Shown here piece after piece: positions 49,801 through 59,008 of a stretch of 64,000 nt of DNA. The position numbers and the translations under genes were made by a program. Under the pieces are notes generated by a model that was not told the DNA's origin, did not search any database, and was given only the letters and a program-made list of their open reading frames with translations. This DNA comes from Flavobacteriales bacterium (GTDB lineage Bacteria > Bacteroidota > Bacteroidia > NS11-12g > UBA9320): the NCBI GenBank assembly GCA_020635395.1, contig JACJZV010000002.1:29914-93913 (forward strand). Direction: 5' to 3'. Numbering within the stretch: position 1 is the stretch's first letter; each line of letters begins with the position of its first letter.

Positions 49801-51516
49801 CCGAAGATAGACTTTAGTCCATTCCCTGATTTGTGCTGGGATTTGGGCAAGGTTGACTTAAAAGAACTGAGCAAGGTAGTACCCAATGATGGCACATGGT
49901 ATGCTATCAATGCAACGGGCTTTAAAGATTCGGCGAGCTTCAATCAAGGGTTAAACGGTGGTTTCTTTCAAGGCGATACACTGAACACCCTGCAAACGGC
50001 AAAACCGGCCAAAGATGGTAACTTTAAATATAAGCTACGGTACTTCCACAACCTATCGGGTTGTCCCACATTTAGAGATACCAACATAACGATACAAGGA
50101 TTGCCTGTACCGAAAATAAACACCACACCACTTACAGGCTATGTAAACAATGCACCTTTTGTACAATGCGAGTTGGATGCAGACATTGCCTTAACGTCGA
50201 ACTATCCAGGTAGTGGTGGCAAATGGAGCAGCAAACAATCGGGAGCAGTATCGGGCAGCACCTTTACGGTGGGAAGTGTAACAACACACAACAAACCGTT
50301 TTACATCAACTTTGACTATACGAACAGCTTTGGCTGCAAGGGCAAAGACTCGGTGTTGGTAGAGGTGCATGGCAAACAAGAAATCAACCTAAATCCGGAC
50401 ATCGAACTGTGCAGAACAGGAGATGCCATGATGGTTGATGTAGCAGCAAGTGTGGTAAATGCGTCTGATTTTACATGGTGGGATTACGGAAAGAAAGGCA
50501 CATTTGCGGATGCAAAAGACACCACTACCACCTTTACGTTTAGTACCTCGGCGGACTCTACGGAGCGAATATTGATAGTGGCAAGTACAGAAGTTATAGT
50601 TGGAACAAGCAATAATGTATGTCCGTATAAAGAAGAAACATTCTTTATCACCATCCACCCAAAACCGAAGGCGGAAATAGTGGCAGATACATTAAACGGC
50701 TGTAATCCGGTGGATGTAAACTTTGGGGTGAATATGCTGAACAAAGTAGATGCAACGACAAGCAGCTATGCATGGACTTATGCCGATGGCGGCTTGGACA
50801 ACATCCAGTCACCCAGCCATCAGTTTACGGATGATGGAGACAATCAAGTAAGTTTAACCATTACCTCGGAGCATAACTGCGATACTACGTTGACGGTGAA
50901 CGTGGAAGTTTACCCCATACCGGTGGCCTTGTTTGTTCCCGACCCCAACAACAGCACCACGGCAGCATTGCCCAAGTTCCAGTTCAACAACCAATCGTCG
51001 GTAGCCAATGTGTTGAACAGTACAATTACCGAAAACATTTGGGATTTTGGAGACTTATCAAGCATTGATGACACTTCCACCCAAAAAAGTCCCTTGTTTT
51101 TCTACCCAGCCGATACAGGTTCGTATGACGTAACCCTAACGGTTCGCACCCAATATGGCTGCGAAGATCAGATAACACTTCCGGTAATTATTGGGCCTGA
51201 TATTTTGGTGTATATACCCAATGCCTTCTCGCCCGATGGTGGTGGGCCATTGCGAAACGATGGATTTAGGGCTCATGTAAACGATGGAGCAAAGCTTTAT
51301 CACTTGATAATATTTAATCGCTGGGGCGAAAAAATATGGGAGACCACCGATAAAACCCTCGATTGGGATGGCACCTACGGCCTGCCACCAAAAGAGGGCG
51401 GCAAAGATGGCTTGCACCAACCCGTTCCGATGGGAGTATATAGCTACCAGCTCGACATTGTAAGTTGGAGCGGCGAAAAGTTCCGATACACAGGAACCGT
51501 TACGCTGATTAGGTAA
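46810..51516 (+). CDS. giant T9SS type-B CTD protein, paralog B
   Basis: Start at MKQFYQF (the ORF track used 46759). N-terminal 700 aa about 45-50% identical to A. Residues 720-1480 or so are near-identical to A at nucleotide level. Distinct CTD variant ...NDGFRAHVNDGAKLYHLIIFNRWGEKIW...TGTVTLIR. Confidence 0.65.
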   Translation: MKQFYQFAKNNLKRLGLWLIAVMMISMVSNASHMMGADITYKCIDTLKFEIFVKYYRQCAGISLSNPSSETKVICTTTGSAQGVSLSLVGIRDVTPVCAKAGNPCKPTNTKASDGIEEHFYKATIDFNQAPYSNLIKNGCCIIRFETGQSARNGDITTGAAGYYFYTYATVNLCKAPCNSSPALTTEPVAYLCCNQPFFYNNGASDTANFDSISYSFGHPLKGYNQIISYSGNYSNTKPFDVYLPGGLPSTYCNCNANPPIGLCLDPLTGDICCTPTNCNDRTVVVLEMTEWKKNPSTGKMEVIGVTRRDMQFIIKQCPDNNPPVIKGDFKREICEGEQICYTITTEDAVKKPPPPATPPDPDTVTISWNRGIPGASFTVINPTAINQSGRFCWTPPIGSASTIPYTYTVTARDNACPLNAVTVRAFQIIVHPIAEADRIITKLDCGRYAIESEPFPNFRNPAKYTWQLKDTNGVVLFDRKYGYFESSKNFLSSKQKDTILFRKGGTYILQHTINNLPDCPNDYYDTIVVPPLLEVDIALGPDTFVCAGTTLRLQPQTANGYPPITYKWGTGDTTDYIDVEVPNWTSDTSFYVQIKDGNNCTAWDSTIVYLRENPLVFIGPDRRICTYDTIHLVPNDSLAYWDDPRDTSEIRIRQGDTLYKEWYLDGVKISTDSMLVANVKGEYVIRVVDSLGCFWQDTMILHVNDTVKADAGQNQVLCWNDVVVIAAGGLDTAGNAKSGWYVWNDITNPANVKEFSRDDTLKYNIKTTTDYQLQLYVIEDTTRCYDDDTVKITVNPLPTVKMPNDMAVCRDAGVINMIGDPTGGAWSVPSKPSLMKVSNGVYTFDPWNGGAIKDTTKRYEVYYRYVHPSTGCVRTDSFEIKVFPLPEVSIRDGYFCQDKGFVNFRDDGTIKLPSKLKLDLGTQQWNCLECGAYDWSKMLYNAETRFGFPANYEIDISENTIDLGSRPSDSIKIEFVFRSIDGCYGRDTGKIKIVKVPKIDFSPFPDLCWDLGKVDLKELSKVVPNDGTWYAINATGFKDSASFNQGLNGGFFQGDTLNTLQTAKPAKDGNFKYKLRYFHNLSGCPTFRDTNITIQGLPVPKINTTPLTGYVNNAPFVQCELDADIALTSNYPGSGGKWSSKQSGAVSGSTFTVGSVTTHNKPFYINFDYTNSFGCKGKDSVLVEVHGKQEINLNPDIELCRTGDAMMVDVAASVVNASDFTWWDYGKKGTFADAKDTTTTFTFSTSADSTERILIVASTEVIVGTSNNVCPYKEETFFITIHPKPKAEIVADTLNGCNPVDVNFGVNMLNKVDATTSSYAWTYADGGLDNIQSPSHQFTDDGDNQVSLTITSEHNCDTTLTVNVEVYPIPVALFVPDPNNSTTAALPKFQFNNQSSVANVLNSTITENIWDFGDLSSIDDTSTQKSPLFFYPADTGSYDVTLTVRTQYGCEDQITLPVIIGPDILVYIPNAFSPDGGGPLRNDGFRAHVNDGAKLYHLIIFNRWGEKIWETTDKTLDWDGTYGLPPKEGGKDGLHQPVPMGVYSYQLDIVSWSGEKFRYTGTVTLIR

Positions 51517-51543
51517 GGAGAATTACAAAAATACTAGCCGTTA

Positions 51544-51590
51544 AAACGAGGAGACCCGCCAATTGGCGGGTCTCCTCGTTTATTTTAATA
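51544..51590. terminator. bidirectional hairpin terminator between paralog B and pyrH
   Basis: AAACGAGGAGACCCGCC-aatt-GGCGGGTCTCCTCGTTT, a 17-bp perfect stem flanked by A/T runs on both sides. Confidence 0.75.
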
Positions 51591-51595
51591 AGATT

Positions 51596-52309
51596 TTAGC
51601 TTACTAACGTACCCACCATATTGCCCTCAACAATATTGAGTAGGTTGTTCTCTTTGTTCATGTCGAAAACAACGATAGGTAATTTGTTTTCTTGACAAAG
51701 CGTAAAAGCCGTCATGTCCATTACCTTTAGTTGGCGTTGAATGACTTCTGTAAAACTAATATTGTCGAACCTAACGGCAGTGGTGTCCTTTTCAGGGTCG
51801 GCGGTATAGATGCCATCCACACGGGTACCTTTTAAAAGCACATCGGCTTCAATTTCTACCGAACGCAACGATGCAGCTGTATCTGTGGTGAAATATGGGT
51901 TTCCGGTTCCGGCTCCAAAAATTACGACCCGTCCTTTTTCAAGATGCCGAATGGCTCTTCGACGAATAAACGGCTCGGCTACTTGTTCCATTTTAATGGC
52001 ACTTAACAATCGGGTATAAATACCTATTTTTTCTAATGCACCCTGCAATGCCATGGCGTTAATTACAGTGGCCAGCATGCCCATGTAGTCGGCTTGAGCA
52101 CGGTCTTCCATACCGCCCTCTACACCCTGAACACCTCGAAAAATATTGCCACCACCAATTACAATAGCCACTTCCACCCCTTTGTCAACCACTTTTTTTA
52201 TTTCTGCGGCATATTGCCCCAAAACGTTTGGATCGATACCATACTCATGAGAACCCAACAAGGCTTCTCCGCTCAACTTAAGAAGTATTCGTTTATATTT
52301 CATTATCAA
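51596..52309 (-). CDS. pyrH: UMP kinase
   Basis: [33 protein letters not shown] motifs. Confidence 0.9.
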   Translation of the reverse strand: MIMKYKRILLKLSGEALLGSHEYGIDPNVLGQYAAEIKKVVDKGVEVAIVIGGGNIFRGVQGVEGGMEDRAQADYMGMLATVINAMALQGALEKIGIYTRLLSAIKMEQVAEPFIRRRAIRHLEKGRVVIFGAGTGNPYFTTDTAASLRSVEIEADVLLKGTRVDGIYTADPEKDTTAVRFDNISFTEVIQRQLKVMDMTAFTLCQENKLPIVVFDMNKENNLLNIVEGNMVGTLVS

Positions 52310-52379
52310 AGTTTTTCAAAAAAAAGCAAAAAAAAGGGAGAAACTATGTTTCTCCCTATATTAAAATATTTCTAATTTC

Positions 52380-53210
52380 TTATCCAAGAGCTATTCTTGA
52401 AAAGGAAACTACTTTTAAACCGGATTTTACATTGTCGAGCATTTGCTCAACGGAAATGGAATTGTCCTTTACAAAAGATTGTTTGGTAAGCGTATTCTCT
52501 TTGTAAAACTTATTCAATTTACCTTCCGCAATTTTATCAAGCATTGCCTCAGGTTTTCCTTCTTCACGAGCTTGTTCACGACCAATTTCTAATTCGCGGG
52601 CTTTTACATCGGCAGGAACGTCGCTTTCGTCAACCGAAACAGGGTTCATCGCTGCAATTTGCATAGCCACATCTTTTCCGGCTTCAACAATAGCATTGTC
52701 AGCCGATTGGTTCAAACCAACCAAAACGCCGATTCTGTTACCCGCATGAATATAGCTGATAACCGCTGCTGAATTGATTTTTGAATATTTAGTGATGTCA
52801 ATTTTTTCACCAATTTTACCCATTTCAGAAGTAAGTCTTTCTGCAACACTCATTCCGTCAATGGTCAAATTTTTGATTGAATCAATATCTTCGCAATTGT
52901 TGGTCAATGCCATTTCGGCTAATTGTTCTGCTAATGCTACAAAGTCTGCATTTTTAGCCACAAAATCAGTCTCACAGCTCAATCGCAAAACGACACCTGT
53001 TTTGTTGTCGGCAGAAGCTTTTGCAATAACTGCACCTTCTGTAGCGTCTCTGTCGGCTCTATTAGCTGAAATTTTTTGTCCTTTTTTTCTAAGCAGGTCA
53101 ATAGCAGCTTCAAAATCGCCATTGGCTTCTGTAAGGGCTTTTTTGCAATCCATCATGCCGGCCCCGGTCATTTGTCTTAACTCGTTTACTGCTGATGCGG
53201 TAATTGTCAT
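52380..53210 (-). CDS. tsf: elongation factor Ts
   Basis: ITASAVNELRQMTGAGMMDCKKAL canonical UBA-like N-terminus. Confidence 0.9.
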   Translation of the reverse strand: MTITASAVNELRQMTGAGMMDCKKALTEANGDFEAAIDLLRKKGQKISANRADRDATEGAVIAKASADNKTGVVLRLSCETDFVAKNADFVALAEQLAEMALTNNCEDIDSIKNLTIDGMSVAERLTSEMGKIGEKIDITKYSKINSAAVISYIHAGNRIGVLVGLNQSADNAIVEAGKDVAMQIAAMNPVSVDESDVPADVKARELEIGREQAREEGKPEAMLDKIAEGKLNKFYKENTLTKQSFVKDNSISVEQMLDNVKSGLKVVSFSRIALG

Positions 53211-53243
53211 AAGATTTTATCTATTAAAATGATTTTGTTAAAA

Positions 53244-53981
53244 TTAATTTGCAGCAACTTCTTCTTGCTGATCTTTTACACTTTCTTTAGCCTCTTTTCT
53301 TTCGCTTAATCCTTCAGCAATAGCGTTAGAAAATTCTCTTGTCAAAAGTTCGATAGATGCAGAAGCGTCGTCGTTTCCTGGAATTGGATGATCAGCCAAG
53401 TTTGGATTTGAGTTGGTGTCAACAATCGCAAAAATGGGGATATTCAATTTTTGAGCTTCAGCAACGGCAATATGTTCACGCTTAACGTCGATGATAAAAA
53501 GAGCCGCAGGCAGTCTGTTTAATTGCTCAATACCACCAAGCAAACGTTGCAATTTTGCCTTTTCCCGATCTTTCATCAAACGCTCTTTTTTGTTTAAGTG
53601 CTGATACGTTCCATCGGTTGACATTTTATCTATCGTTTGCATTTTTTTGATAGATTTTCTAACCGTAGCAAAGTTGGTAAGCATACCACCCAACCAACGC
53701 TCTGTTACGAAAGGCATGTTTACTCTACCAGCTTCGTTTTGAACGATTTCTTTTGCTTGTTTTTTTGTTGCAACAAACAAAATTTTTCGGCCTGATTTTG
53801 CAATACCCTTAACCGCAGATTTTGCATCGTTAAGTTTTGAAAGCGTTTTATTTAGGTCTATAATATGAATTCCGTTTTGCTCCATGAAAATGAAAGGAGC
53901 CATTTTTGGATTCCATTTACTTGTAAGGTGTCCGTAATGTACACCGGCATCAAGAAGCGTTTTTGTCGTGATTTCTGACAT
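53244..53981 (-). CDS. rpsB: 30S ribosomal protein S2
   Basis: LLDAGVHYGH..., MAPFIF..., DVIFVVD-like core. Confidence 0.95.
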   Translation of the reverse strand: MSEITTKTLLDAGVHYGHLTSKWNPKMAPFIFMEQNGIHIIDLNKTLSKLNDAKSAVKGIAKSGRKILFVATKKQAKEIVQNEAGRVNMPFVTERWLGGMLTNFATVRKSIKKMQTIDKMSTDGTYQHLNKKERLMKDREKAKLQRLLGGIEQLNRLPAALFIIDVKREHIAVAEAQKLNIPIFAIVDTNSNPNLADHPIPGNDDASASIELLTREFSNAIAEGLSERKEAKESVKDQQEEVAAN

Positions 53982-53990
53982 ATACGAGTA

Positions 53991-54377
53991 TTATCGTTTA
54001 CTGAATTGGAATTTCTTACGTGCTTTTTTCTGACCAGGTTTTTTACGCTCAACCATTCGGTTGTCGCGGGTCATAAAACCTGCTTTACGCAACGCCGATT
54101 TGTGTTCGGCATCTATTTCAACTATTGCCTTGGCAATGGCCAATCGAAGAGCCTCTGCTTGTCCGGTTGTGCCTCCGCCACTCAATACAGCTTTTACATC
54201 GTAGTTGCCGTTTAGACCGCATAGTTCTAAAGGCTGATGTACTTTAAATTGCTGTGTAGCTGTGGGAAAATAGTCGTTTAATTCTCTTTTGTTTACGGTA
54301 ATAGAACCATTGCCAGGAGTTAAATAAACTCTGGCAACTGCGTTTTTTCTTCTACCTGATGTGTTGGTAATTTCCAT
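53991..54377 (-). CDS. rpsI: 30S ribosomal protein S9
   Basis: C-terminal ...PGQKKARKKFQFSKR. Confidence 0.95.
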   Translation of the reverse strand: MEITNTSGRRKNAVARVYLTPGNGSITVNKRELNDYFPTATQQFKVHQPLELCGLNGNYDVKAVLSGGGTTGQAEALRLAIAKAIVEIDAEHKSALRKAGFMTRDNRMVERKKPGQKKARKKFQFSKR

Positions 54378-54380
54378 ATA

Positions 54381-54824
54381 TTACAACGCTAAATTTTCGG
54401 GTTTTTGAGCTTCATGTGGATGTTCGGTTCCGGCATACACAAATAAGTTGTGAAACAATCTGTTGCTCAATTTATTTTTTGGCAACATACCTTTCACTGC
54501 TTTTTCAATTACTCTTTCTGGGTGCTTTGCCAACATATCCTTAACGGCCGTTTCTCTTTGACCACCTGGGTAGGTTGTGTGTCGGATATACACTTTATTG
54601 TCCATTTTGGCACCAGTAAGGTTGATTTTTTCGGCGTTGATAACAATCACATTATCACCACAATCAACATGAGGAGTGAAATCAGGTTTGTTTTTTCCTC
54701 GAATCACTTTGGCTACCTCAGATGCAAATCTTCCCAAGGTTTTTCCTTCTGCATCGGCTACATACCATCTTTTGTTGGCTGTTGCCTTGTTTACCGAAAT
54801 TGTTTTATACGAAAGAGTATCCAC
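54381..54824 (-). CDS. rplM: 50S ribosomal protein L13
   Basis: [27 protein letters not shown]. Confidence 0.95.
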   Translation of the reverse strand: MDTLSYKTISVNKATANKRWYVADAEGKTLGRFASEVAKVIRGKNKPDFTPHVDCGDNVIVINAEKINLTGAKMDNKVYIRHTTYPGGQRETAVKDMLAKHPERVIEKAVKGMLPKNKLSNRLFHNLFVYAGTEHPHEAQKPENLAL

Positions 54825-54863
54825 TTATCTGTACTTTTTATTGTTTCCCTTAAAAAAGGGCTG

Positions 54864-54894
54864 CAAAAGTAGTTTTACTTTTTTAATTTTTCAA
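54864..54894 (-). promoter_or_regulatory. Bacteroidetes-type promoter for the rplM-rpsI-rpsB-tsf-pyrH operon (TTG-N20-TACTTTTG)
   Basis: On the minus strand, TTG (54894..54892), a 20-nt spacer, then TACTTTTG (54871..54864). About 40 nt upstream of the rplM ATG. Confidence 0.5.
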
Positions 54895-55000
54895 CCGAAT
54901 GTCTTAAAAAATGTAATGTTTTTTGGTTTCGGTGCATGAGTTAGTCTTCTTAGCATCAAAACAATTTGATTATTAAGCAAATACTAGCCTTAGATTTGGG

Positions 55001-55537
55001 TCAATTAAAATAGTCTATCGGGTTAAGGTAGAACATCTTTTTCCATCCTTGAACGCTGTTGTCCTTTCGCCATATATACGGAATTGGTGTACTTATGGTA
55101 TAATGAAGATGTGGCGATTTTGAGACGGCATTGCCCGAATTGCCCACTGTGCCAATTACCGACTGCTGGTTTACATATCGAAATGACGTTGTTTTTATTT
55201 CATTTAAATGAGCATAATAGTGCACCCGCCATTTAGGTCCTAATATCAAAACCATATTGCCGCCCAAGCCTACTTGGCCACAATACACCACAAAGCCTTT
55301 TGTGGCCGAATGAACGTTGGTGCCCTTTTTAGCAAAAATATCTACCCCTTTGTGTGTAACGGATTTTCCCCATGGGTAATACCAAAAAGACTGTGAATGA
55401 TAATCTTTGGCAGTAGCACCTTCAACAGGCATTTTTAATTTTTGTGGAATTAAAAAGCCTAAAAGCAACATGCTACCAACCAGCAGTAACATTCTCTTTA
55501 GAAATTTTTTAATACGTTTTTGAGGTTTTGAGACCAT
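55001..55537 (-). CDS. M23 family metallopeptidase
   Basis: HKGVDIF...G, GNSGN..SKSPHLHYTI (HxH). N-terminal TM anchor. Confidence 0.7.
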   Translation of the reverse strand: MVSKPQKRIKKFLKRMLLLVGSMLLLGFLIPQKLKMPVEGATAKDYHSQSFWYYPWGKSVTHKGVDIFAKKGTNVHSATKGFVVYCGQVGLGGNMVLILGPKWRVHYYAHLNEIKTTSFRYVNQQSVIGTVGNSGNAVSKSPHLHYTISTPIPYIWRKDNSVQGWKKMFYLNPIDYFN

Positions 55538-55651
55538 TGCTACTAATAAAGATGCAATTAAAAAATTATTGATAATGATTTCAATTTTAAGACTATTTCA
55601 ATTCTTCTATTTTTGCCAAAATAAAAAATAAGCAAATCCGTATAGTTTAAA

Positions 55652-57718
55652 ATGAATTTTGTTTATCCGAATTTCTTGTGGGCGTTATTGTTGCTGGCCA
55701 TTCCGGTAATCATTCATTTATTTCATTTCCGACGATACAAAAAAGTGCTTTTCCCGAATGTCCGGTTTTTGCAAAGTGTTCAAAAGGAGACCCAAAACGT
55801 CAAGAAACTACGAAATTTATTGGTGCTAATCAGCCGCCTGCTGGCGGTGGCATTCTTAGTTTTTGCGTTTGCTCAGCCGTATATTCCATTAAACAATAAA
55901 AAGATTCATTCTACCGATCAATTGGTTGGAATTTACATAGACAACTCGTTTAGTATGGAAAACGAAGGGAGCAACGGCCCCCTTATAGAAGAGGCAAAGG
56001 AGAAAGCTCGGCAGGTGGTTAGAGCCTATCAGGCCTCGGATAGATTTTTAATTTCGTCGAACACCAGAATGGCTCAACGACCTGTAAATCAAGATGATGC
56101 TATTGCCGCCATTGATGCAATTCAAATAAGTAAAATCAGCAAATCATTGAATGAGGTTGTGGGAAGCATAGAAAATAGTTTGACGAAAAATGGAGTAGCA
56201 GACCGCAAAATTTTTGTGTTTAGCGATTTGCAAAAACACCAATCAAGTTTGCCAACCACTTCCAACTTTGATAGCAGCTTGCAAGCCATTATTATTCCGG
56301 TAGAATCTAATGCGGCCAACAATGTAAGCATTGATACGGCTTGGTTTGAAAGCCCCGTTTTGCATCTCAACGAACCCATTGTGATGTTTGTAAAAATTAG
56401 CAACCATGGCTCTAATTCTGTTAGCAATGCCAGCCTATATCTGGATATAAATAATGAGCGAAAAGCAGTCTCCGGTTTTGATTTGACTGAAAATGGAAGT
56501 GCCACCGTTCAGCTGGGATTTAGCCTAAATCTGGGTGGGTGGCAAAATGCCAAACTTTCAATTGAGGATGCACCCATAACCTTTGATGATAATTATTTCT
56601 TGAGTTTTAATCTAAAATCAAACATTAACATTTTGGTGGCCAATGGTGCCGAACAAAGTGTTTTTTTGAATAAAGCATTTGGCAGAGATGGATATTATAA
56701 GGTGGCAAATGTGCAATCCGGCAATATTGATTTATCAACACTAAAAACCACCGATTTGTTGGTTTTAAATGAAGTACCTCAACTGAGTTCAGGTTTGGTT
56801 TCTGCCATTTCTGATTATGTCAGCGATGGCGGAAGTTTGTTGATTGTGCCATCAAAAGCGGCGGCTAATGGCTATTTGCAAAATCTTTCTCAGGCAATGC
56901 AACTGCCTACTTATGGCCAAATACAAACGCAAAAAAAGGCAATAGGGAAAATAGATTTGAGCAACCCATTGTTTGAAAAAGTTTTTGAAAAAATGCCCGA
57001 CAATGTGGATATGCCAAAGGTGCTAAAGTATTATCAAATGGAAACCGCTGGCAAAACGGCATCTATTTTGTTAAAAATGGCCAACGAAAGTGCTTTTCTG
57101 ACCAGCTCCAAGCATGGCTCGGGAAATGTTTATCAACTGTCAGTTCCGCTAAACGATGATTGGAGCAATTTTCAAAAACATGGCTTTTTCCCTCCTCTTA
57201 TGCTTAAAATGAGCATGAATCGGTCGGTTGACTATTCGTTGAGCTACACCATTGATAATCACAATTTATTTAAAGCTGTACCGGAAATAAAGAACAGACA
57301 GGGCGAAGTAAAATTGGTTGGAGAAAAGGCTGAGTGGGTGCCGGTTTTAAATGGTCAAAGCAGCAGCCAATTTGTTGATGCAGGTTTTGACGATTTGAGT
57401 GCCGAAACATTGAAACTTATGGCCGGCGATAGCCTATTTCAGCTGGTTTCGTTCAATTATAGTCGGGAAGAATCAGGAAATGAATTTTACGAAGCTGATG
57501 AATTGCAAGAATTATTGCCCGGGGCAAAAATTACAAAGGTTGAGAATGCCGCATCATTTGTGAACCAAACTATTGGCGAAATGCAATTTGGCAAACAATT
57601 TTGGAAACTGTGCATTATTCTGGCCTTGATATTTTTGGCAATTGAAATACTTTTGCTGCGGTTTTGGCCAACCGAGTCAAAAACAGCAATATTGGAGAAA
57701 AATATAGGCGTTGTCTGA
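55652..57718 (+). CDS. BatA-like membrane protein with N-terminal double-transmembrane domain
   Basis: YPNFLWALLLLAIPVIIHLFHFRRYKKVLFPNVRFL matches the N-terminal double-TM (TIGR02226-type) signature. Long extracytoplasmic region and C-terminal TM. Confidence 0.5.
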   Translation: MNFVYPNFLWALLLLAIPVIIHLFHFRRYKKVLFPNVRFLQSVQKETQNVKKLRNLLVLISRLLAVAFLVFAFAQPYIPLNNKKIHSTDQLVGIYIDNSFSMENEGSNGPLIEEAKEKARQVVRAYQASDRFLISSNTRMAQRPVNQDDAIAAIDAIQISKISKSLNEVVGSIENSLTKNGVADRKIFVFSDLQKHQSSLPTTSNFDSSLQAIIIPVESNAANNVSIDTAWFESPVLHLNEPIVMFVKISNHGSNSVSNASLYLDINNERKAVSGFDLTENGSATVQLGFSLNLGGWQNAKLSIEDAPITFDDNYFLSFNLKSNINILVANGAEQSVFLNKAFGRDGYYKVANVQSGNIDLSTLKTTDLLVLNEVPQLSSGLVSAISDYVSDGGSLLIVPSKAAANGYLQNLSQAMQLPTYGQIQTQKKAIGKIDLSNPLFEKVFEKMPDNVDMPKVLKYYQMETAGKTASILLKMANESAFLTSSKHGSGNVYQLSVPLNDDWSNFQKHGFFPPLMLKMSMNRSVDYSLSYTIDNHNLFKAVPEIKNRQGEVKLVGEKAEWVPVLNGQSSSQFVDAGFDDLSAETLKLMAGDSLFQLVSFNYSREESGNEFYEADELQELLPGAKITKVENAASFVNQTIGEMQFGKQFWKLCIILALIFLAIEILLLRFWPTESKTAILEKNIGVV

Positions 57719-58988
57719 TCGTTCAATACTCATAAAAAGGGGTACAGTCATAGACCCTGCAAGCGAGTTTAATCGCAAAGAAGTCGATATTTTAATTAAA
57801 AATGGAGTTATCGATGATATATCTACCAAAAATATTTCGGCAAAGGCCATAGAGGTTGTTGATGCCCATGGCTTAATAATCATGCCGGGCATGGCTGATA
57901 TGCGTTGCCAACTGAAAGAACCCGGATACGAACACCAAGAAACCATTAAAAATGGTTGCGAAGCGGCCACTTTTAGTGGATTTACCGCCTTGGCTGTTCA
58001 GCCTACCACATTGCCCCTAACACAAACCAAGGCTCAAATTGAGTTTTTAAAGAAACACGAAAACTATGTTTTACCTGATTTACTGCCCATTGGTTGTGCC
58101 TCGCACGATTTAGAGTCGGGCGATATTACCGAAATGTTTGACATGACATCGGCAGGGGCCGTAGGATTTAGTAATGGAGATAAATCCTATAAAAATGGAG
58201 GAGTGCTGTTGAGAGCTTTGCTTTATTCCAAACAGTTTGGAGGATTGATAATGAGCCATGCCCTTGACGAAACATTGGTGGCTAATGCACAGGTAAATGA
58301 AAGTGCAACCACAGTTCACACCGGGTTGAAACAGCAACCGGATATTGTGGAAAGCACACAATTATTAAAGGAAATTGAGATTGCCGATTATGCTGAGGCT
58401 CATATTCATTTTTCGCATATTTCTTCGGCCAAAAGCGTGGAAATAATTAGAAAAGCTAAACGCCAGGGAAAAAAAATTAGTTGCGATGTGAGTATCTGGC
58501 ATTTGGTTTTTAATGATACTTCGGTGGTTGATTATAACACCAACTATAAAGTATCTCCCCCTTTTAGAACAGAAAAAGACAGAAAGGCTTTGATTAAAGC
58601 CGTAAACGACGGCACGATTGATGCCATTGTGAGCGACCATAATCCTCAAAACATTGAAAACAAGCTGGTGGAATTTGATTATGCCAGAAACGGAATTAAT
58701 GGCTTTCAAACTTTTCTTTCTGTATATTCCCAATATCTTTCAAAAGAAATATCGCTTGAAACATGGGTTAAAAAAACCTCCATCAATCCCAGAAAATTAC
58801 TCAATCAACCCAAAATAGAAATAAATAAAAAGCAAGTTGCCAACCTTTTTGTGGCCGATTTGCATAAAAAATGGCTTTACGATAAAAAATCAAACCTCTC
58901 GGTTTCTACCAATAATCCATTGTTCGGCGGCGAATTGACAGGAAAGTGTATTGCGGTTGTGAATGGGGTTAAATACAATGTGTTTTAA
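57711..58988 (+). CDS. dihydroorotase-like cyclic amidohydrolase
   Basis: Amidohydrolase fold features (IIMPGMAD, HIHFSHISS, VSDHNPQ). 425 aa. Overlaps the upstream gene by 8 nt. Confidence 0.55.
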   Translation: MSDRSILIKRGTVIDPASEFNRKEVDILIKNGVIDDISTKNISAKAIEVVDAHGLIIMPGMADMRCQLKEPGYEHQETIKNGCEAATFSGFTALAVQPTTLPLTQTKAQIEFLKKHENYVLPDLLPIGCASHDLESGDITEMFDMTSAGAVGFSNGDKSYKNGGVLLRALLYSKQFGGLIMSHALDETLVANAQVNESATTVHTGLKQQPDIVESTQLLKEIEIADYAEAHIHFSHISSAKSVEIIRKAKRQGKKISCDVSIWHLVFNDTSVVDYNTNYKVSPPFRTEKDRKALIKAVNDGTIDAIVSDHNPQNIENKLVEFDYARNGINGFQTFLSVYSQYLSKEISLETWVKKTSINPRKLLNQPKIEINKKQVANLFVADLHKKWLYDKKSNLSVSTNNPLFGGELTGKCIAVVNGVKYNVF

Positions 58989-59008
58989 ATTTTAACTTCG
59001 CAACCTCT

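Noticed and set aside
42026-50744. Numerous 60-135-aa ORFs on both strands inside the giant CTD genes
   Set aside because: All are embedded in or antisense to long, well-supported coding frames. Identical copies simply reflect the duplicated block.
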